DNA of 64,000 nt from Candidatus Latescibacterota bacterium (GCA_965248265.1 CBDFJF010000001.1:832001-896000); one strand, 5' to 3'. Positions 1-11,671 are shown, counted from the stretch's first letter. The notes: generated by a model not told the origin, from the letters alone. Made by a program: numbers and translations.

Positions 1-135
1 GTACATCGACCGAAGGAGAGCCCGATATGCGGTACGTCACAAACGGCGCTGGCGCCACACCCCGGATCGAAGTTGAAGGGGTCTTGAGTAGTCGCAAAGA
101 CCGCGATTGGACGCGGGAGGAGCGGCACGAAAGTC

Positions 136-1281
136 GTGTATAGAGACGTCTACACCCGGCTCGGTGTTACGCCGGCCATCAACGGCATCGGCAACAAGAC
201 CACCCTCGGCGGCTCGACGCCCAGCGCAAGGGCCGCTCTGGCGATGGCCGAGGCCGACTACTACTACTGCGACATGCCCGAGCTCATGGAGCAGACCGGC
301 AAGCGCGTCGCGGAGCTTCTGGGAGTCGAGGCCGCGTTCATCACGTCGGGGTGCGCCTCGGCTATCGTCCATGCGGCGGCGGGTGTCATGGCCGGAACGA
401 AGAAGGACGATGTCGGCAAGCTCCCCGACACGACGGGGACGAAGAAGCAGTTCGTTTTCCAACGCAAGCAGCGGTATTTTTACGACAGGTGCTACGAGGT
501 CCCCGGCGGCGAGCTCGTGATTGTCGGCGACGAGGCCGGCTGTGCGCGGGAGCAGGTGGAAGCAGCGATTACCAACAAGACCGCGGGCATCGGGTACGTC
601 GACAAGACGCGCAGAGAGCCCGATCCTTCGGTCGTGTCCATCGACGAGGCCATGGAGATCGGACGGCGTCACGGTGTGCCCGTTATCGTTGATGCCGCAT
701 ATCAGACGTTCCCCTTACAAAAATTCCGGTGGATTGCAGGGGCCGCCGATCTTGTGTGTTTCGGCGGAAAGTACGTGGGGGCTGCCAGCTCCGCTGGCTT
801 CCTGTGCGGTCGGGCCGACCTCGCTCACGCCGCATCGCGGCAGGGCTTCGTGGCCTCGCAGTCGGGCGACCGGCCCCGCTCCTTCGGTAGGTCGATGAAG
901 GTAGACCGCCAGGAGATCGTCGGCATGGTCGTCGCCCTCGAAGAGTGGCTGACCATGGACCACGAGGACAGGGTACTCAGATATCTTTCCTACGCGAAGA
1001 TCATCCAGGACGCGGTTGACGACGTCGCTGACATCACCACGCAGGTCAACCGCCTCGAAAAGCACGCCGCTGCCAGCTTGACGGTCAAGCTCGAGCCCGC
1101 CGCGCTGGGCATGACCGGCCACACTGTTGCAGAGCGTCTTGTCGCCGACACTCCGAGAATACTCGTCGGCCACGGTGACAGCTGGATCACGGTCGCCCTG
1201 CACACCCTCCACGACGGCCATCCGGAGGTGATTGCGGAGCGTCTCCGCGCTATATTGCAGGGCGTAAAATGTAAAGCGTAA
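136..1281 (+). CDS. SelA/DgaE-like PLP-dependent transferase
   Basis: 381 aa. N-terminal YTRLGVTPAINGIGNKTTLGGS, VPVIVDAA, PLP-lysine region VCFGGKY and GRSMKVDRQEIVG are typical of SelA-like fold-type I enzymes. GGAGG upstream. Confidence 0.8.
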   Translation: MYRDVYTRLGVTPAINGIGNKTTLGGSTPSARAALAMAEADYYYCDMPELMEQTGKRVAELLGVEAAFITSGCASAIVHAAAGVMAGTKKDDVGKLPDTTGTKKQFVFQRKQRYFYDRCYEVPGGELVIVGDEAGCAREQVEAAITNKTAGIGYVDKTRREPDPSVVSIDEAMEIGRRHGVPVIVDAAYQTFPLQKFRWIAGAADLVCFGGKYVGAASSAGFLCGRADLAHAASRQGFVASQSGDRPRSFGRSMKVDRQEIVGMVVALEEWLTMDHEDRVLRYLSYAKIIQDAVDDVADITTQVNRLEKHAAASLTVKLEPAALGMTGHTVAERLVADTPRILVGHGDSWITVALHTLHDGHPEVIAERLRAILQGVKCKA

Positions 1282-1369
1282 AAACTCCTCCGCGAAGGCC
1301 TCTCCTCGGCCAAAGCCTTCCCCGCCACCCCCCAACGCGTTACCGTCTGCTGAAGTGGGCTATATTACC

Positions 1370-3631
1370 TCAATCGTTGTTAGCATCGCTCATCTGCGAC
1401 TCATCCAGGACTTCCTGCAGCTTGTCCAGACCCAACCGTTCATGTTCGATGATCCTGGATAGGATTCGCGCGCCCTTCTTCAGGTTGGGCTTCTCCTGAA
1501 AGTCTTGCCCCTGCGCGAGCTCGTGCAGCTCCTTCACGGCATCAGTGACAGCTTCGTACTGCTCAACAGCCTCACGCAAAGGCCCCCTGGCCCCCTCGGG
1601 GAAGTAAGGCTCGATTTCCTTCAGATAGACGACTGCCGAATTGCGCGAAGTCTCAAGAAACGACGTGTGATATTTGACAGCGGAAACATCGATCGTCTCC
1701 TTCCGGAAGCCGTCCAGCCACATTTCCCAGGCGGCCAGACCGTACGCCGTCGCGTCCTCGAAGTTGGCCGGGCGTTTTCCCTGTGAGGCCTCGATCGCAC
1801 GGCGGATGACCTCCCGATGCGCCTTGAGGTCGTCGAATGGCTTCGATCCCGGCTCGACCACCATCACACAGAACCATTGGAGGCTACCTGCGTGACCGAA
1901 GTCGTCCCATCCGATCGTGAACTTTCCGAGATCATTGTGATGCCCGATGTAGGTTCCGGCAGCTTCATCGTAGCCGATAATGAGACTCCACATGTATGGT
2001 TTTTTGCCCGACTCTTCCATCTCTTTGTTGAACGCATTCATAACGATGGCGGGGATCCCGGCATCGATCGAAACGCGGACGGCGTCCCAGGCCTCCACCT
2101 TTCTTTGCGCATGCTCGTCGGGAGTGACGGGTTCCTTGTGTGGACCTATTTGTCCGCTCTGGTGGGCAGAGATGACCCTTACGTCAGGTAGCGTCCCCCA
2201 GAAGTAGTCCCACTCGTAGTTCTCCCTGTGCCAGATCCTGCCGCCGCCCTCATACATACTGAAGACAAATCCCAGACCCAGATATCCCCGGATGTATTCT
2301 GTCGACCAATCCCTTCCGGCCGCTTGCAAGGCCGGTGGCAGGACAGACAAGATCGATCCCCCGTAATTTTCCTCGGGCGCGATGTCGAGTTCCACCCGCT
2401 TTCCTCCGGAAGGGCGACTACCGGGAGCCCCTGTCCCGATTTCTTCTCTCAGAGCAGTCGGCTCAAACTGAGGGTCGATCCGACGCAAGGCTTCCTCCAC
2501 GTGTCTTACTGCTGCCATTTCGTTCTGCATCGCGCCGGCCAACAGACTGCTTGCCTGGATCCGAGTTTCGGGAGTGAATCCTCCCGACTTGCTCGCGTCG
2601 TCGCTGAGCGTGTGAAGCCGGCCAGCCATCTCGGCTACGCGGTCGTAGTGCCCGGCAGCATCTGTAAGAAGGTCCGCCGCTGCAGGAAAGACTTCGACGA
2701 GTTCCCGAAGATAGTCGGCGACGTACCGCCGGTTGGAGGCCAACCATCCCGCGTGCTCGCGAGAGTCGTTCGCGAATCCCTCGCTTCTCGGAGACCGCTG
2801 TTCCGGATCGGGCTCCGCTCCGGATTTCATGGCATCGAGCCAGAGGTCGAAGGCGGCTATCCCGCGAGCGTCCACTTTGAACGACGCTTTGTCCGCATCG
2901 TAACGCTTCCCGTTAGCAAGGGCGACGGCATTCCGAAGGGCCTTGATGTGAATACCCGAATGGTCCCCCGGCTCCGGCCCCTGGTAGACGAGAACCAGGA
3001 AGCGCCCGTTTTGTCCGATCTCATCGTGGCGGTAATCGAACTCACTACGTCGGCGGCGAACGACGTAAGTTTCCTTTGCCTCGTCGTACCCGACCAGCAG
3101 ACCCCAGTCTCGGGCTTCATCTGGTTCGTCATCCTCATACATCGGAACCCACGCAGCCACTGGCACGCCTCGGTCGATGCTGGCCCGAACGGCGTCCCAC
3201 GCCTCAGTCATGACCCTCTTGCTCTCTGCCTCATCTGCATCTTCGCGCGCCTGGAAGCGTCGGATGCGGCAGCCAAGATCCTCCTCGAATCGGGACTCGA
3301 AGACCAGCCACCAGTCTAGGTTTCCCTCCTGCCAGACTGCTCCACCACCCTTCCTCATTTCGAAGCTGAAGCCGTTCCCCATGACACCCTGGAGCCGTGG
3401 GACCGACCATTCCGTTTCACCGGCCGCCTGGAGCATGTCGTGCAAGGCGGCAATGATGCGCGTCCATACTCTTGTCCGTTCGACATCCAAGACCTTGCGC
3501 GATAGCTTCTGCTTTGACTCGGATGCCATTTCTGTCTCTTCTGCGCTCAGTGTGACAGCCAGCGTAGTGGCTGCAAGCGCCAGGACAACGAGGACGCCGA
3601 GAAGGCTCCTCTTCCTGTCTGTGCTCCCCAT
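1370..3631 (-). CDS. Secreted protein with two tandem BtrH/C39-peptidase-like domains
   Basis: Start moved to ATG 3631 (GGAGGTG RBS), followed by a signal peptide. Internal duplication: AWDAVRASIDRGVPV..WGLLVGYDEAKETY vs AWDAVRVSIDAGIPA..WSLIIGYDEAAGTY; GIAAFDLWLDAM vs GLAAWEMWLDGF. Confidence 0.6.
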   Translation of the reverse strand: MGSTDRKRSLLGVLVVLALAATTLAVTLSAEETEMASESKQKLSRKVLDVERTRVWTRIIAALHDMLQAAGETEWSVPRLQGVMGNGFSFEMRKGGGAVWQEGNLDWWLVFESRFEEDLGCRIRRFQAREDADEAESKRVMTEAWDAVRASIDRGVPVAAWVPMYEDDEPDEARDWGLLVGYDEAKETYVVRRRRSEFDYRHDEIGQNGRFLVLVYQGPEPGDHSGIHIKALRNAVALANGKRYDADKASFKVDARGIAAFDLWLDAMKSGAEPDPEQRSPRSEGFANDSREHAGWLASNRRYVADYLRELVEVFPAAADLLTDAAGHYDRVAEMAGRLHTLSDDASKSGGFTPETRIQASSLLAGAMQNEMAAVRHVEEALRRIDPQFEPTALREEIGTGAPGSRPSGGKRVELDIAPEENYGGSILSVLPPALQAAGRDWSTEYIRGYLGLGFVFSMYEGGGRIWHRENYEWDYFWGTLPDVRVISAHQSGQIGPHKEPVTPDEHAQRKVEAWDAVRVSIDAGIPAIVMNAFNKEMEESGKKPYMWSLIIGYDEAAGTYIGHHNDLGKFTIGWDDFGHAGSLQWFCVMVVEPGSKPFDDLKAHREVIRRAIEASQGKRPANFEDATAYGLAAWEMWLDGFRKETIDVSAVKYHTSFLETSRNSAVVYLKEIEPYFPEGARGPLREAVEQYEAVTDAVKELHELAQGQDFQEKPNLKKGARILSRIIEHERLGLDKLQEVLDESQMSDANND

Positions 3632-3764
3632 AGCACCTCCTCGAATCCATCTCGTGAAATAATCCCAGGACAGGCAGTATACACGGAGTGACAGTCCGCA
3701 GCTCGTCCAGAAGCGACACCCACGGCATGTGCGTACGTTACGAAATGCCGGCAAGGAAAATTGT

Positions 3765-4370
3765 ATGCACACGCGAAATATACTACCCATAGAGACGGAT
3801 CGATTGACCCTCCATTCATTAGGGATCGAGTTTCTGCGTTCGATATCCGAGAGTAGTATTGAAAAGGCGCAGGCCCTAGTCGACTATCACGTCCCACTGA
3901 ATTGTTCCCTTCTTGGCCATCGACAGATAGATCGTCGTCTGAGGATGATAGAGGTTGACCCTTCCCAGCATCCTTGGATGTATCGATCCATAGTAAGGAA
4001 GAATGACAAACAAATGGTTGGGTTCATTAGCTTTCACAGCAAGGCGCCAGACCCCGAAATTTCGGCGTATACCGAACTGGGGGCACAGCTTGGCTACACC
4101 ATTGAGCCAGAATGTCGCCAGAGGGGATATGCTAAGGAAAGTGCTATTGGGATGATGGAGTGGGCGCACTCAAATTTCGGTGTTCGAAGTTTTGTTCTGA
4201 CTATTAGCCCCGAAAACCATCCGTCTCTGAAAATGGCAGAATCCATGAACTTTAGGATTGTCGGGGAGCAAGATGATTATTCTGACGGGCTGGAGTTAGT
4301 AATGAAGGCTGAGATCGGTGAGATCCTCAGAACTAAGAGGGTATATCAAGGTGCCGCGGAAGAGTACTGA
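3765..4370 (+). CDS. GNAT acetyltransferase, RimJ/RimL type
   Basis: IETDRLTL, LGYTIEPECRQRGYAKES acetyl-CoA motif, ISPENHPSLKMAESMNF. More AT-rich than its flanks. Confidence 0.85.
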   Translation: MHTRNILPIETDRLTLHSLGIEFLRSISESSIEKAQALVDYHVPLNCSLLGHRQIDRRLRMIEVDPSQHPWMYRSIVRKNDKQMVGFISFHSKAPDPEISAYTELGAQLGYTIEPECRQRGYAKESAIGMMEWAHSNFGVRSFVLTISPENHPSLKMAESMNFRIVGEQDDYSDGLELVMKAEIGEILRTKRVYQGAAEEY

Positions 4371-4515
4371 CCCCCATGGCCTTGCGGCGGCTTCCCACAG
4401 CGAGACATGATGCTCTGACATGTCAGTGAAAATTGCAGAAACTATCTCCCTGCCAGGAGTGATAATCCGCCGGGCAGTCATTGATGCAGATATCGGCAAA
4501 GATTAGGAGGCCACG

Positions 4516-5521
4516 ATGCCTAAGCCGACAATCGCTGCGACGAAGAGCGAAGCGGAGTTTAACGAGAGACAGAAGTCAGACCGCGAGGGATTCAGGGCAT
4601 TTCTCGGCAGTTGTCGGGAGGGCGAGGAATACACAAGTGCAAATCCTGGATACGCTCTTGGACGTGCGTACTTCCAGTACTACCTGGATCGACGACCATC
4701 GAAGATTGCGGCACAGGCACTGTCGTTCGCCTTCTGGATTTGGCGGCGCTTGACGGGCGTTTCCGATGATGTACGCCAAGCAGTGGGCCAGATATCAGAG
4801 GAGCCATCCGCATCAAAGGAGATTCAGCAGGTCTGGACCGAAGTCTGGAGAAACATAGAGGGAGGCATCATCAGCCCGTTCCAGAGGGATGGTAGACTTG
4901 GGGAAGGTTTTTCATTGATAGAGACCCTTGCGGAGAGGCTGACCTCTCCGACGGCGGAAGCCAATCTGCTCCACTGTACCATGCTCGCACGATTGAAGCA
5001 TGACGAGAATATGCAGATTGCGCGGAGGAACGCCGAACGCATCCTCGAACTGGATACGAGCGAGTGTCACGAACACATCGCCCGACACGCCCGCGGCTGC
5101 CTCTATGAGTGCGACAATCTGAACATCGGACAGGCGGCTCCGACTTTTAGATCGCCCGACATGGAGGGTAACCTGATAGACCTCGCAGACTTCCAGGGCA
5201 GCGTCGTGTTACTGAACTTCTAGTCGACAACGTGCCCGTTCTGTCCTGCCGAGTTTCCTCATCTCAGGGAGTGCGAGCAGAGGTATCCGGACAGGGTGCG
5301 TGTCATCGGACATCGGCGCGCTCCGAGGTCGCCTTGATGACGGGGATCTAGCCTGGCCCCAGATCTGTCAAGGAGCTGGTTGGCATGATGATGCCCCCCG
5401 GACTCTCTACAATGTTTTCGGTGTCCCCCATACATACGTGATTAGCAGCACCGGGACGATCGCCGCCAGGAGGGTTTGGCGAAAAGAAATCACAGAGATG
5501 GTGGCCTCCCTGCTAACGTAA
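4516..5521 (+). pseudogene. TlpA/redoxin-like thiol-disulfide oxidoreductase, disrupted
   Basis: GQAAPTF..DLADFQGSVVLLNF, then TAG (5221-5223) at the usual Trp, then STTCPFC (CxxC). A frameshift near 5310 resumes as WPQIC..YNVFGVPHTYVI. Confidence 0.8.
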
Positions 5522-5595
5522 GGCCACTTATTGCGTTATCTCCTCACTACGGAGTGTCAATCCGCACGGCTCCGTCCTCCCTGTAGGAGCTGTCA

Positions 5596-5715
5596 GTGCG
5601 CATGGCAATAATGTCAGATATCCACGGAAACGCGGTCGCCCTTGATGCTGCCTCGAAGACTGTCAACAAGCCGGAGGCGTTGACGAATACTGGTTCCTGG
5701 GTGATCTCGTGGATC
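5596..5715 (+). pseudogene. Metallophosphoesterase (YfcE-like) N-terminal remnant
   Basis: AGGAG plus GTG; VRMAIMSDIHGNAVALDA, frameshift, GVDEYWFLGDLVD, then similarity ends. Confidence 0.7.
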
Positions 5716-5768
5716 CTCGAGTACGACCTGATGCGCCGAGAGCGCGCACCTGCTATATATGGTAGTAT

Positions 5769-8516
5769 ATGAGCATGATGTCCTGGATTTGCCCTATCAA
5801 GAGCGGAGTCATCTGTCTTCTGGCTGCCTTGTTGCTGGTAGCCAGGAGTGCCAGTGGAGTCGTGGAATTTGTCTGCGCCGGCACAGGTGATGCCCCTGCC
5901 CACGACGGTTCCGCGGCTAAACACCTCGCCGCAGCGGCCTCCCCTCAAACCCTCAGAGCCCTCGTCATCTTCGCCGAGTTTGAACAGACCGGCTCCCGCC
6001 ACGGCGTGCCTGGCTTTGCGGTGAACCTGTTCGACCGTGAACGACCCGGTAGTCTGACGCATTTCTACAGCACCATGTCACACGGCCAGTTCCTGGTTGA
6101 GGGCTTCGTGCTGCCGCGCCGTTACGAATCAGACAGTCCCGCGTCGGCATACGTCGCCGCTGCCGACGATCAACGCGGCCTCTACGGCCAGTTCGTGCGG
6201 GAGATTCTGCGCAAGGCGGATGGTGATTTCAACTTCGCGGAGTTCGACAACGACGGGCCCGACGGCCTGGCCAATTCCGGTGACGATGACGGCTTCGTCG
6301 ACTACATCTTCGTCAACGTGGAGTCGACCCCGCCCCGGTTCTTCATCGGCAACGCCACTGGAATTGGCGGCCTGGGCATGGACGACCCGTATGTATCTGA
6401 AGACCTGGGCGTCAACGGCGAGCCCATTCAGGTCCCCCGATATACATCAGGCGGCTCGGTGCTGCGGGAAGGCAACTTCGAACAAACAGTCGGAATCATG
6501 GCTCACGAACTCGGCCACCATCTGGGCTTGCCCGATCTCTTTGACCGCTCCTATCCCAGTCCGGCCGAAGACAGCGCCGGCATCGGCCGCTGGGGCCTGA
6601 TGGCCTGGGGCACCGGTGGCTGGAATGGGCATGACGGACCGAATCCCTTCAGTGCCTGGAGCCTGGAGCAGCTGGGCTGGATTGGAGTTGACAATGAACG
6701 CCTGGTGGAGGTCAGCGGCGAGCACAAGGTCGCGGCCTTTACACCCCTGGGAGAGGGAGGCCATGTCTACAAGCTGGCAACCCGGAATCCCTTCGAGTAC
6801 TTCCTGGTGGAGCATCGCCGGCCCGTCACGAATTATTACGAGCGCAATCTGCCAGGCGACGGACTCTTGGTCTGGCATGTTCGCAACCTCCGCCGTGGCA
6901 ATCGCCTCGAGCGGGAGAAGCGCGTCGATCTGGTCTGCGCCGACGGGCTCTATGAAGACGGCGGGTTTCCGAACGGCAGCGTAGCTGCCCCGTTCTCGGG
7001 CGGTGACAATCTCGACTTCTGGTCTCACGACCCGGACTACGCAGGGTCGCATGCCGGAAACCTTGGCGATGCGACAGACCTGTTCGATGGCGTTCACTAC
7101 AAGGAGTTTTCCCCCACCTCCAATCCCCCGACCTTGCCGGGTATCGGTGTCTTTAACATCCGCCGCGAAGACGGGCTCCTGGCCGCCGACCTGCACCGTG
7201 ACACGCGCCATCGCTCGGGAACCATCGAAACGAATGAGGTCTGGCGCGACAGCATCATCGTCGTCGGGGATGTTGTTGTAGCTGCTGGGGCGAGACTGAC
7301 CATCAAGCCCGGTACGGTCGTTGTCTTCGATCTCGAGTACAACGGTGGCGGCCTGGATGCAGAGCGCAGCGAGCTGGTCATCGATGGCAAGCTCATCGTC
7401 GGTGAATTGGGTAGGCGACCGGTCGTATTCACCTCTGCAGCCCCCTTGCCCAGGCGCGGCGACTGGTACGGCATCGTCGTCCACTTCCAGGGCGAGATCG
7501 ACATCCGCAACGCCCTCATCGAGTACGCCCACGAGGGAATCTCCGGTGGAGGTTGGAATCGTCCGCACATACTGCAGGCCGTGACCGTTCGCCAGGCGCG
7601 CCTGACCGGCATCCACCTGGTACGGATGAGACAACCCCTCACGCTTTCGGAGCTCGAGGTCAGTGAGTCGGGCGCCGGAGTGCGAATCCAAGGTTCCGGC
7701 CCGGTGCGGGTGACCGATTCCCGCTTTGCCGACAATGCCACCGTTGGCTTCGTGCAGATCGGCGGGTCGCTGCAGCTGCTCAACAGCGAATTCGTCGACA
7801 ATGGTATCGAGAATGCGGACGGGGCTAATGTGGTCCTCGAACGTACTGTCGGCCGTATCGCCGATAATCAGTTCAGCGGTGGAGTGGGGATCCGCATCAT
7901 CGAGAGCCGCGACCTCGCCGTCGATGGCAACACGCTGAACCGCCATACGGTTGGCCTGTTATCGTCCAATTCACAACCGCGCGTAGAAGGCAATCGCATG
8001 GTTGCCAACGAGCTCGCCGTGCGGGTTGAAGGGCCCTTGGTGCCAGTTCGTGTTTCGCTGAACACGGTTGAGGACACGGAGCGCCTGCTGGACAACCAGG
8101 CCTCGCGTCAGGTCAATGCCGCCAACAATTGGTGGGGGGGAGAGGATGAGTTGTCGATCGGCCAACGCATGGATGGGGCCGTTGAATGGCGTCCGTTTCT
8201 CAACTTCGATCCCAGTCTGCCGCTGGACTTCGCCTTGAAACAGAACTACCCCAACCCCTTCAACAGCGGCACCACGATCGAGTACACGGTCGGCACCAGC
8301 ATCCTGGGGACGGGATCCAGCACCGTATTGGACATCTTCACAATCACCGGCAGCCTCATCCGCCGCCTCGTCGATGAGCCGACCCTGCCCGGCCACCACG
8401 CGGTCTCCTGGGATGGCCGTGACCGGCGCGGTCATGCAGTCGCCAGCGCCGTCTACTTCTACCGCTTGCGGATCGGCGAGCATACGGAAACACGGCGGCT
8501 CTTGCTGTTGAAGTGA
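5769..8516 (+). CDS. M6 (immune inhibitor A-like) metalloprotease with right-handed beta-helix and FlgD-Ig C-terminal domain
   Basis: HELGHHLGLPD zinc motif, GIGRWGLMAWG, EYFLVE, parallel beta-helix repeats, LKQNYPNPFN..WDGRD..VYFYRL..ETRRLLLLK tail, signal peptide. Confidence 0.88.
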   Translation: MSMMSWICPIKSGVICLLAALLLVARSASGVVEFVCAGTGDAPAHDGSAAKHLAAAASPQTLRALVIFAEFEQTGSRHGVPGFAVNLFDRERPGSLTHFYSTMSHGQFLVEGFVLPRRYESDSPASAYVAAADDQRGLYGQFVREILRKADGDFNFAEFDNDGPDGLANSGDDDGFVDYIFVNVESTPPRFFIGNATGIGGLGMDDPYVSEDLGVNGEPIQVPRYTSGGSVLREGNFEQTVGIMAHELGHHLGLPDLFDRSYPSPAEDSAGIGRWGLMAWGTGGWNGHDGPNPFSAWSLEQLGWIGVDNERLVEVSGEHKVAAFTPLGEGGHVYKLATRNPFEYFLVEHRRPVTNYYERNLPGDGLLVWHVRNLRRGNRLEREKRVDLVCADGLYEDGGFPNGSVAAPFSGGDNLDFWSHDPDYAGSHAGNLGDATDLFDGVHYKEFSPTSNPPTLPGIGVFNIRREDGLLAADLHRDTRHRSGTIETNEVWRDSIIVVGDVVVAAGARLTIKPGTVVVFDLEYNGGGLDAERSELVIDGKLIVGELGRRPVVFTSAAPLPRRGDWYGIVVHFQGEIDIRNALIEYAHEGISGGGWNRPHILQAVTVRQARLTGIHLVRMRQPLTLSELEVSESGAGVRIQGSGPVRVTDSRFADNATVGFVQIGGSLQLLNSEFVDNGIENADGANVVLERTVGRIADNQFSGGVGIRIIESRDLAVDGNTLNRHTVGLLSSNSQPRVEGNRMVANELAVRVEGPLVPVRVSLNTVEDTERLLDNQASRQVNAANNWWGGEDELSIGQRMDGAVEWRPFLNFDPSLPLDFALKQNYPNPFNSGTTIEYTVGTSILGTGSSTVLDIFTITGSLIRRLVDEPTLPGHHAVSWDGRDRRGHAVASAVYFYRLRIGEHTETRRLLLLK

Positions 8517-8537
8517 GGGCGGCCGCCACGGCATCGC

Positions 8538-8558
8538 CGACGCGCGCCATGCGCGTCG
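8538..8558 (+). terminator. GC-rich hairpin after the protease gene
   Basis: CGACGCGC-gccat-GCGCGTCG perfect 8-bp stem, 21 nt after the stop; no U-tract. Confidence 0.35.
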
Positions 8559-8559
8559 C

Positions 8560-8949
8560 AGCAGGACGGTGTGGAGGTGCACATCGATGCGCGTCCCGAT
8601 CCAATACGCTCTCTAAGCCGGCTGCCACCGACGCCAAATATGGAGCACACCGTTAAGATCCGGCTAGCCCCGGGCAGCACGAAAGAGGAGACCTTCGTTC
8701 TCGATCTTGAGCCGCTCCAAGAGCTTGGGGTACAGGCACTCGGTGTTTTCACCGAGAGTGGCCACAGCTGCGAGATCGCTATTCCTCTTGAGTACATCGA
8801 ACAGCGACAGGGAGGACTGGGACAGAATCCGTATCAACGTTACAGTCAGAGACAAGGATAGCGATGGAGAGTTTTGTCAGCTCTGGTGGCGTCCTCCATG
8901 GAGCCAGTTCGACAGCTACCCCGGATCTGGGACGTTCGTCCGAAAGTGA
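8560..8949 (+). pseudogene. C-terminal CBM9-like sugar-binding domain remnant
   Basis: DGVEVHIDARPDPIRS..EIAIP../..QLWWRPPW..YPGSGTFVRK, homologous to the tail of the gene at 26453-28391. No 5' part; frameshift near 8812. Confidence 0.7.
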
Positions 8950-9273
8950 CAGGCTATAGTCGCCAGACTGCTGGAATTGACCTTCGGCCAACTCGCTCGC
9001 CGATACAGTCTGATGCTCGGTTTTACCCGATATTCGACGAAACGACCAAAGAGTTCGTGTATCAACTGGTTTTCCTGGGATTACGCGAACCTTTTGTTTG
9101 CATACAAGTAGTTAAACGACATGAAGAATCAGTAAAGGCAACTGACGCGAGCCTAAAAGCCCCTTGAGGTGAAATAGAGTATGCAGCCTTGGGTGATGAT
9201 CTCGACACTCATACTTGGCCTATCTGGAATGGCTTGCTTGATGTGAATCGCCCCGGGTTTTTCGGAGACTCGG

Positions 9274-10505
<1,232 letters not shown>

Positions 10506-10842
10506 GACTCCAATCCTCTCAAGAAATGGAGCCTCCGGCAACCCCGGGGCGATTCAATGTGGGGTATTGTCAAGAACCAGAAGTATGCCGTTTGGATAGG
10601 TCATCTAATTGTCAGCTTGCACATGGGCATGTACTTCATAGGTAGTGGTAGCTGGTTCATTGCACTCGGGACTCTGTCATTTGCAGCGGCGGGCTTTGTT
10701 TTTCCTGTAAAGGATAGCCAATACAGATTTTGGCTTTGGTTCTCACTAGCCCTTCCACCTGGTCTTGTATATCTGTTTTTCATGGGTCTGTGGGTGGTAG
10801 TTCTGCTTGGGTTTAAGCACTGACTCGACCGCCGTTAACATC

Positions 10843-10933
10843 GTTTAACACACGGTTGCCACTGCGCCGCATTCGCGGCTTGGCCCTTCGGGCAACCTGC
10901 TCCGCAGGTTCGGCAATCGGTAAAACGTTAGAC
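10843..10933 (+). repeat. attC recombination site
   Basis: R'' GTTTAAC (RYYYAAC) to R' GTTAGAC (GTTRRRY), 91 bp, imperfect palindrome (CGGTTGCC/GGCAATCG), 19 nt after a stop codon. Confidence 0.8.
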
Positions 10934-10994
10934 GACAGCGAGAAAACGAGGTACGAATCAGCCAACTGACGGGGCAAGCATGGCAATCTTCGGC

Positions 10995-11023
10995 TTGACT
11001 GCGTCACTCAGTAATTCTACTCT
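10995..11023 (+). promoter_or_regulatory. Sigma70 promoter of the TA operon (near-leaderless)
   Basis: TTGACT-17 bp-TACTCT ends 6 nt before ATG 11030; no RBS visible. Confidence 0.6.
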
Positions 11024-11029
11024 CAATGT

Positions 11030-11263
11030 ATGGACAGCTACCAACACATAATCACGGTCGAACCCGGCAAGCGTGGAGGGAAGCCGTGTATCCGTGGTCT
11101 GCGGATCACCGTCTACGAGGTTCTTGAGTACCTGGCTTCTGAGATGACTGAAGAGGAGATCCTCGCTGACTTCCCGGATCTCACCAAGGACGACCTGAAG
11201 GCCTGCCTCGCCTTCGCAGCCGATCGAGAGCGTAGGTTGTCGTCCTCTCCTCCGGCAGCGTGA
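11030..11263 (+). CDS. DUF433 antitoxin (VapB45-like)
   Basis: ITVEPGKRGGKPCIRGLRITVYEVLEYLA..EEILADFPDLTKDDLKACLAFAA. Confidence 0.9.
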   Translation: MDSYQHIITVEPGKRGGKPCIRGLRITVYEVLEYLASEMTEEEILADFPDLTKDDLKACLAFAADRERRLSSSPPAA

Positions 11264-11592
11264 AGCTGCTTTTTGACCATAACCTTCCGCCGCGCCTTGC
11301 GGCCACTTTGCAGCTCGATTTTCCGGGTTCGATTCACGTTCGTGACGTAGGCCTTCAGACCTCAACCGACGTAGAGATCTGGGATTACGCTGCAGAGCAC
11401 GATTTCACGATAGTTTCGAAGGACTCGGACTTCCACCACCTCAGCTTCGTCCAAGGTGCTCCTCCTAAGACTATTTGGATCCGACTCGGTAACTGCACGA
11501 CATTGGATATTGAGCAGTTGCTTCATGGGAGTCACGCGGAGGTTTTCGAGTTTGGTGAGGATTCAGATCTTTCGTTTCTCATCCTCGCCTGA
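11260..11592 (+). CDS. DUF5615 PIN-like toxin (VapC45-like)
   Basis: MKLLFDHNLPPRL..DVEIWDYA..IVSKDSDF..PPKTIWIRLGN; GTGA overlap with the antitoxin. Confidence 0.9.
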   Translation: MKLLFDHNLPPRLAATLQLDFPGSIHVRDVGLQTSTDVEIWDYAAEHDFTIVSKDSDFHHLSFVQGAPPKTIWIRLGNCTTLDIEQLLHGSHAEVFEFGEDSDLSFLILA

Positions 11593-11671
11593 GCCAGTCC
11601 AAAAATCTGCTTCTCTTCGTCGGTTTGAGTTGCTTGACAACGTCCACCACTGGGACAGACCCGATTGACCC

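Noticed and set aside
27-143. 38-codon ORF with RBS overlapping the first gene start, as a leader peptide
   Set aside because: No regulatory codon run or attenuator structure; more likely another junction remnant.
136-1281. True selenocysteine synthase selA
   Set aside because: Shorter than SelA, no selB, selC or selD nearby, and the motifs fit the SelA-like/DgaE group.
2228-3319. Long antisense or alternate-frame ORFs (also 6447-7946, 23151-24332, 31497-32753, 32317-33699, 54813-55829, 61304-62419)
   Set aside because: They are shadows of real high-GC genes, with no family motifs.
5221-5223. In-frame TAG just before CxxC as possible pyrrolysine or readthrough recoding
   Set aside because: It sits at a conserved Trp (TGG to TAG, one change), and a second frameshift follows near 5310, so simple pseudogenisation explains it.
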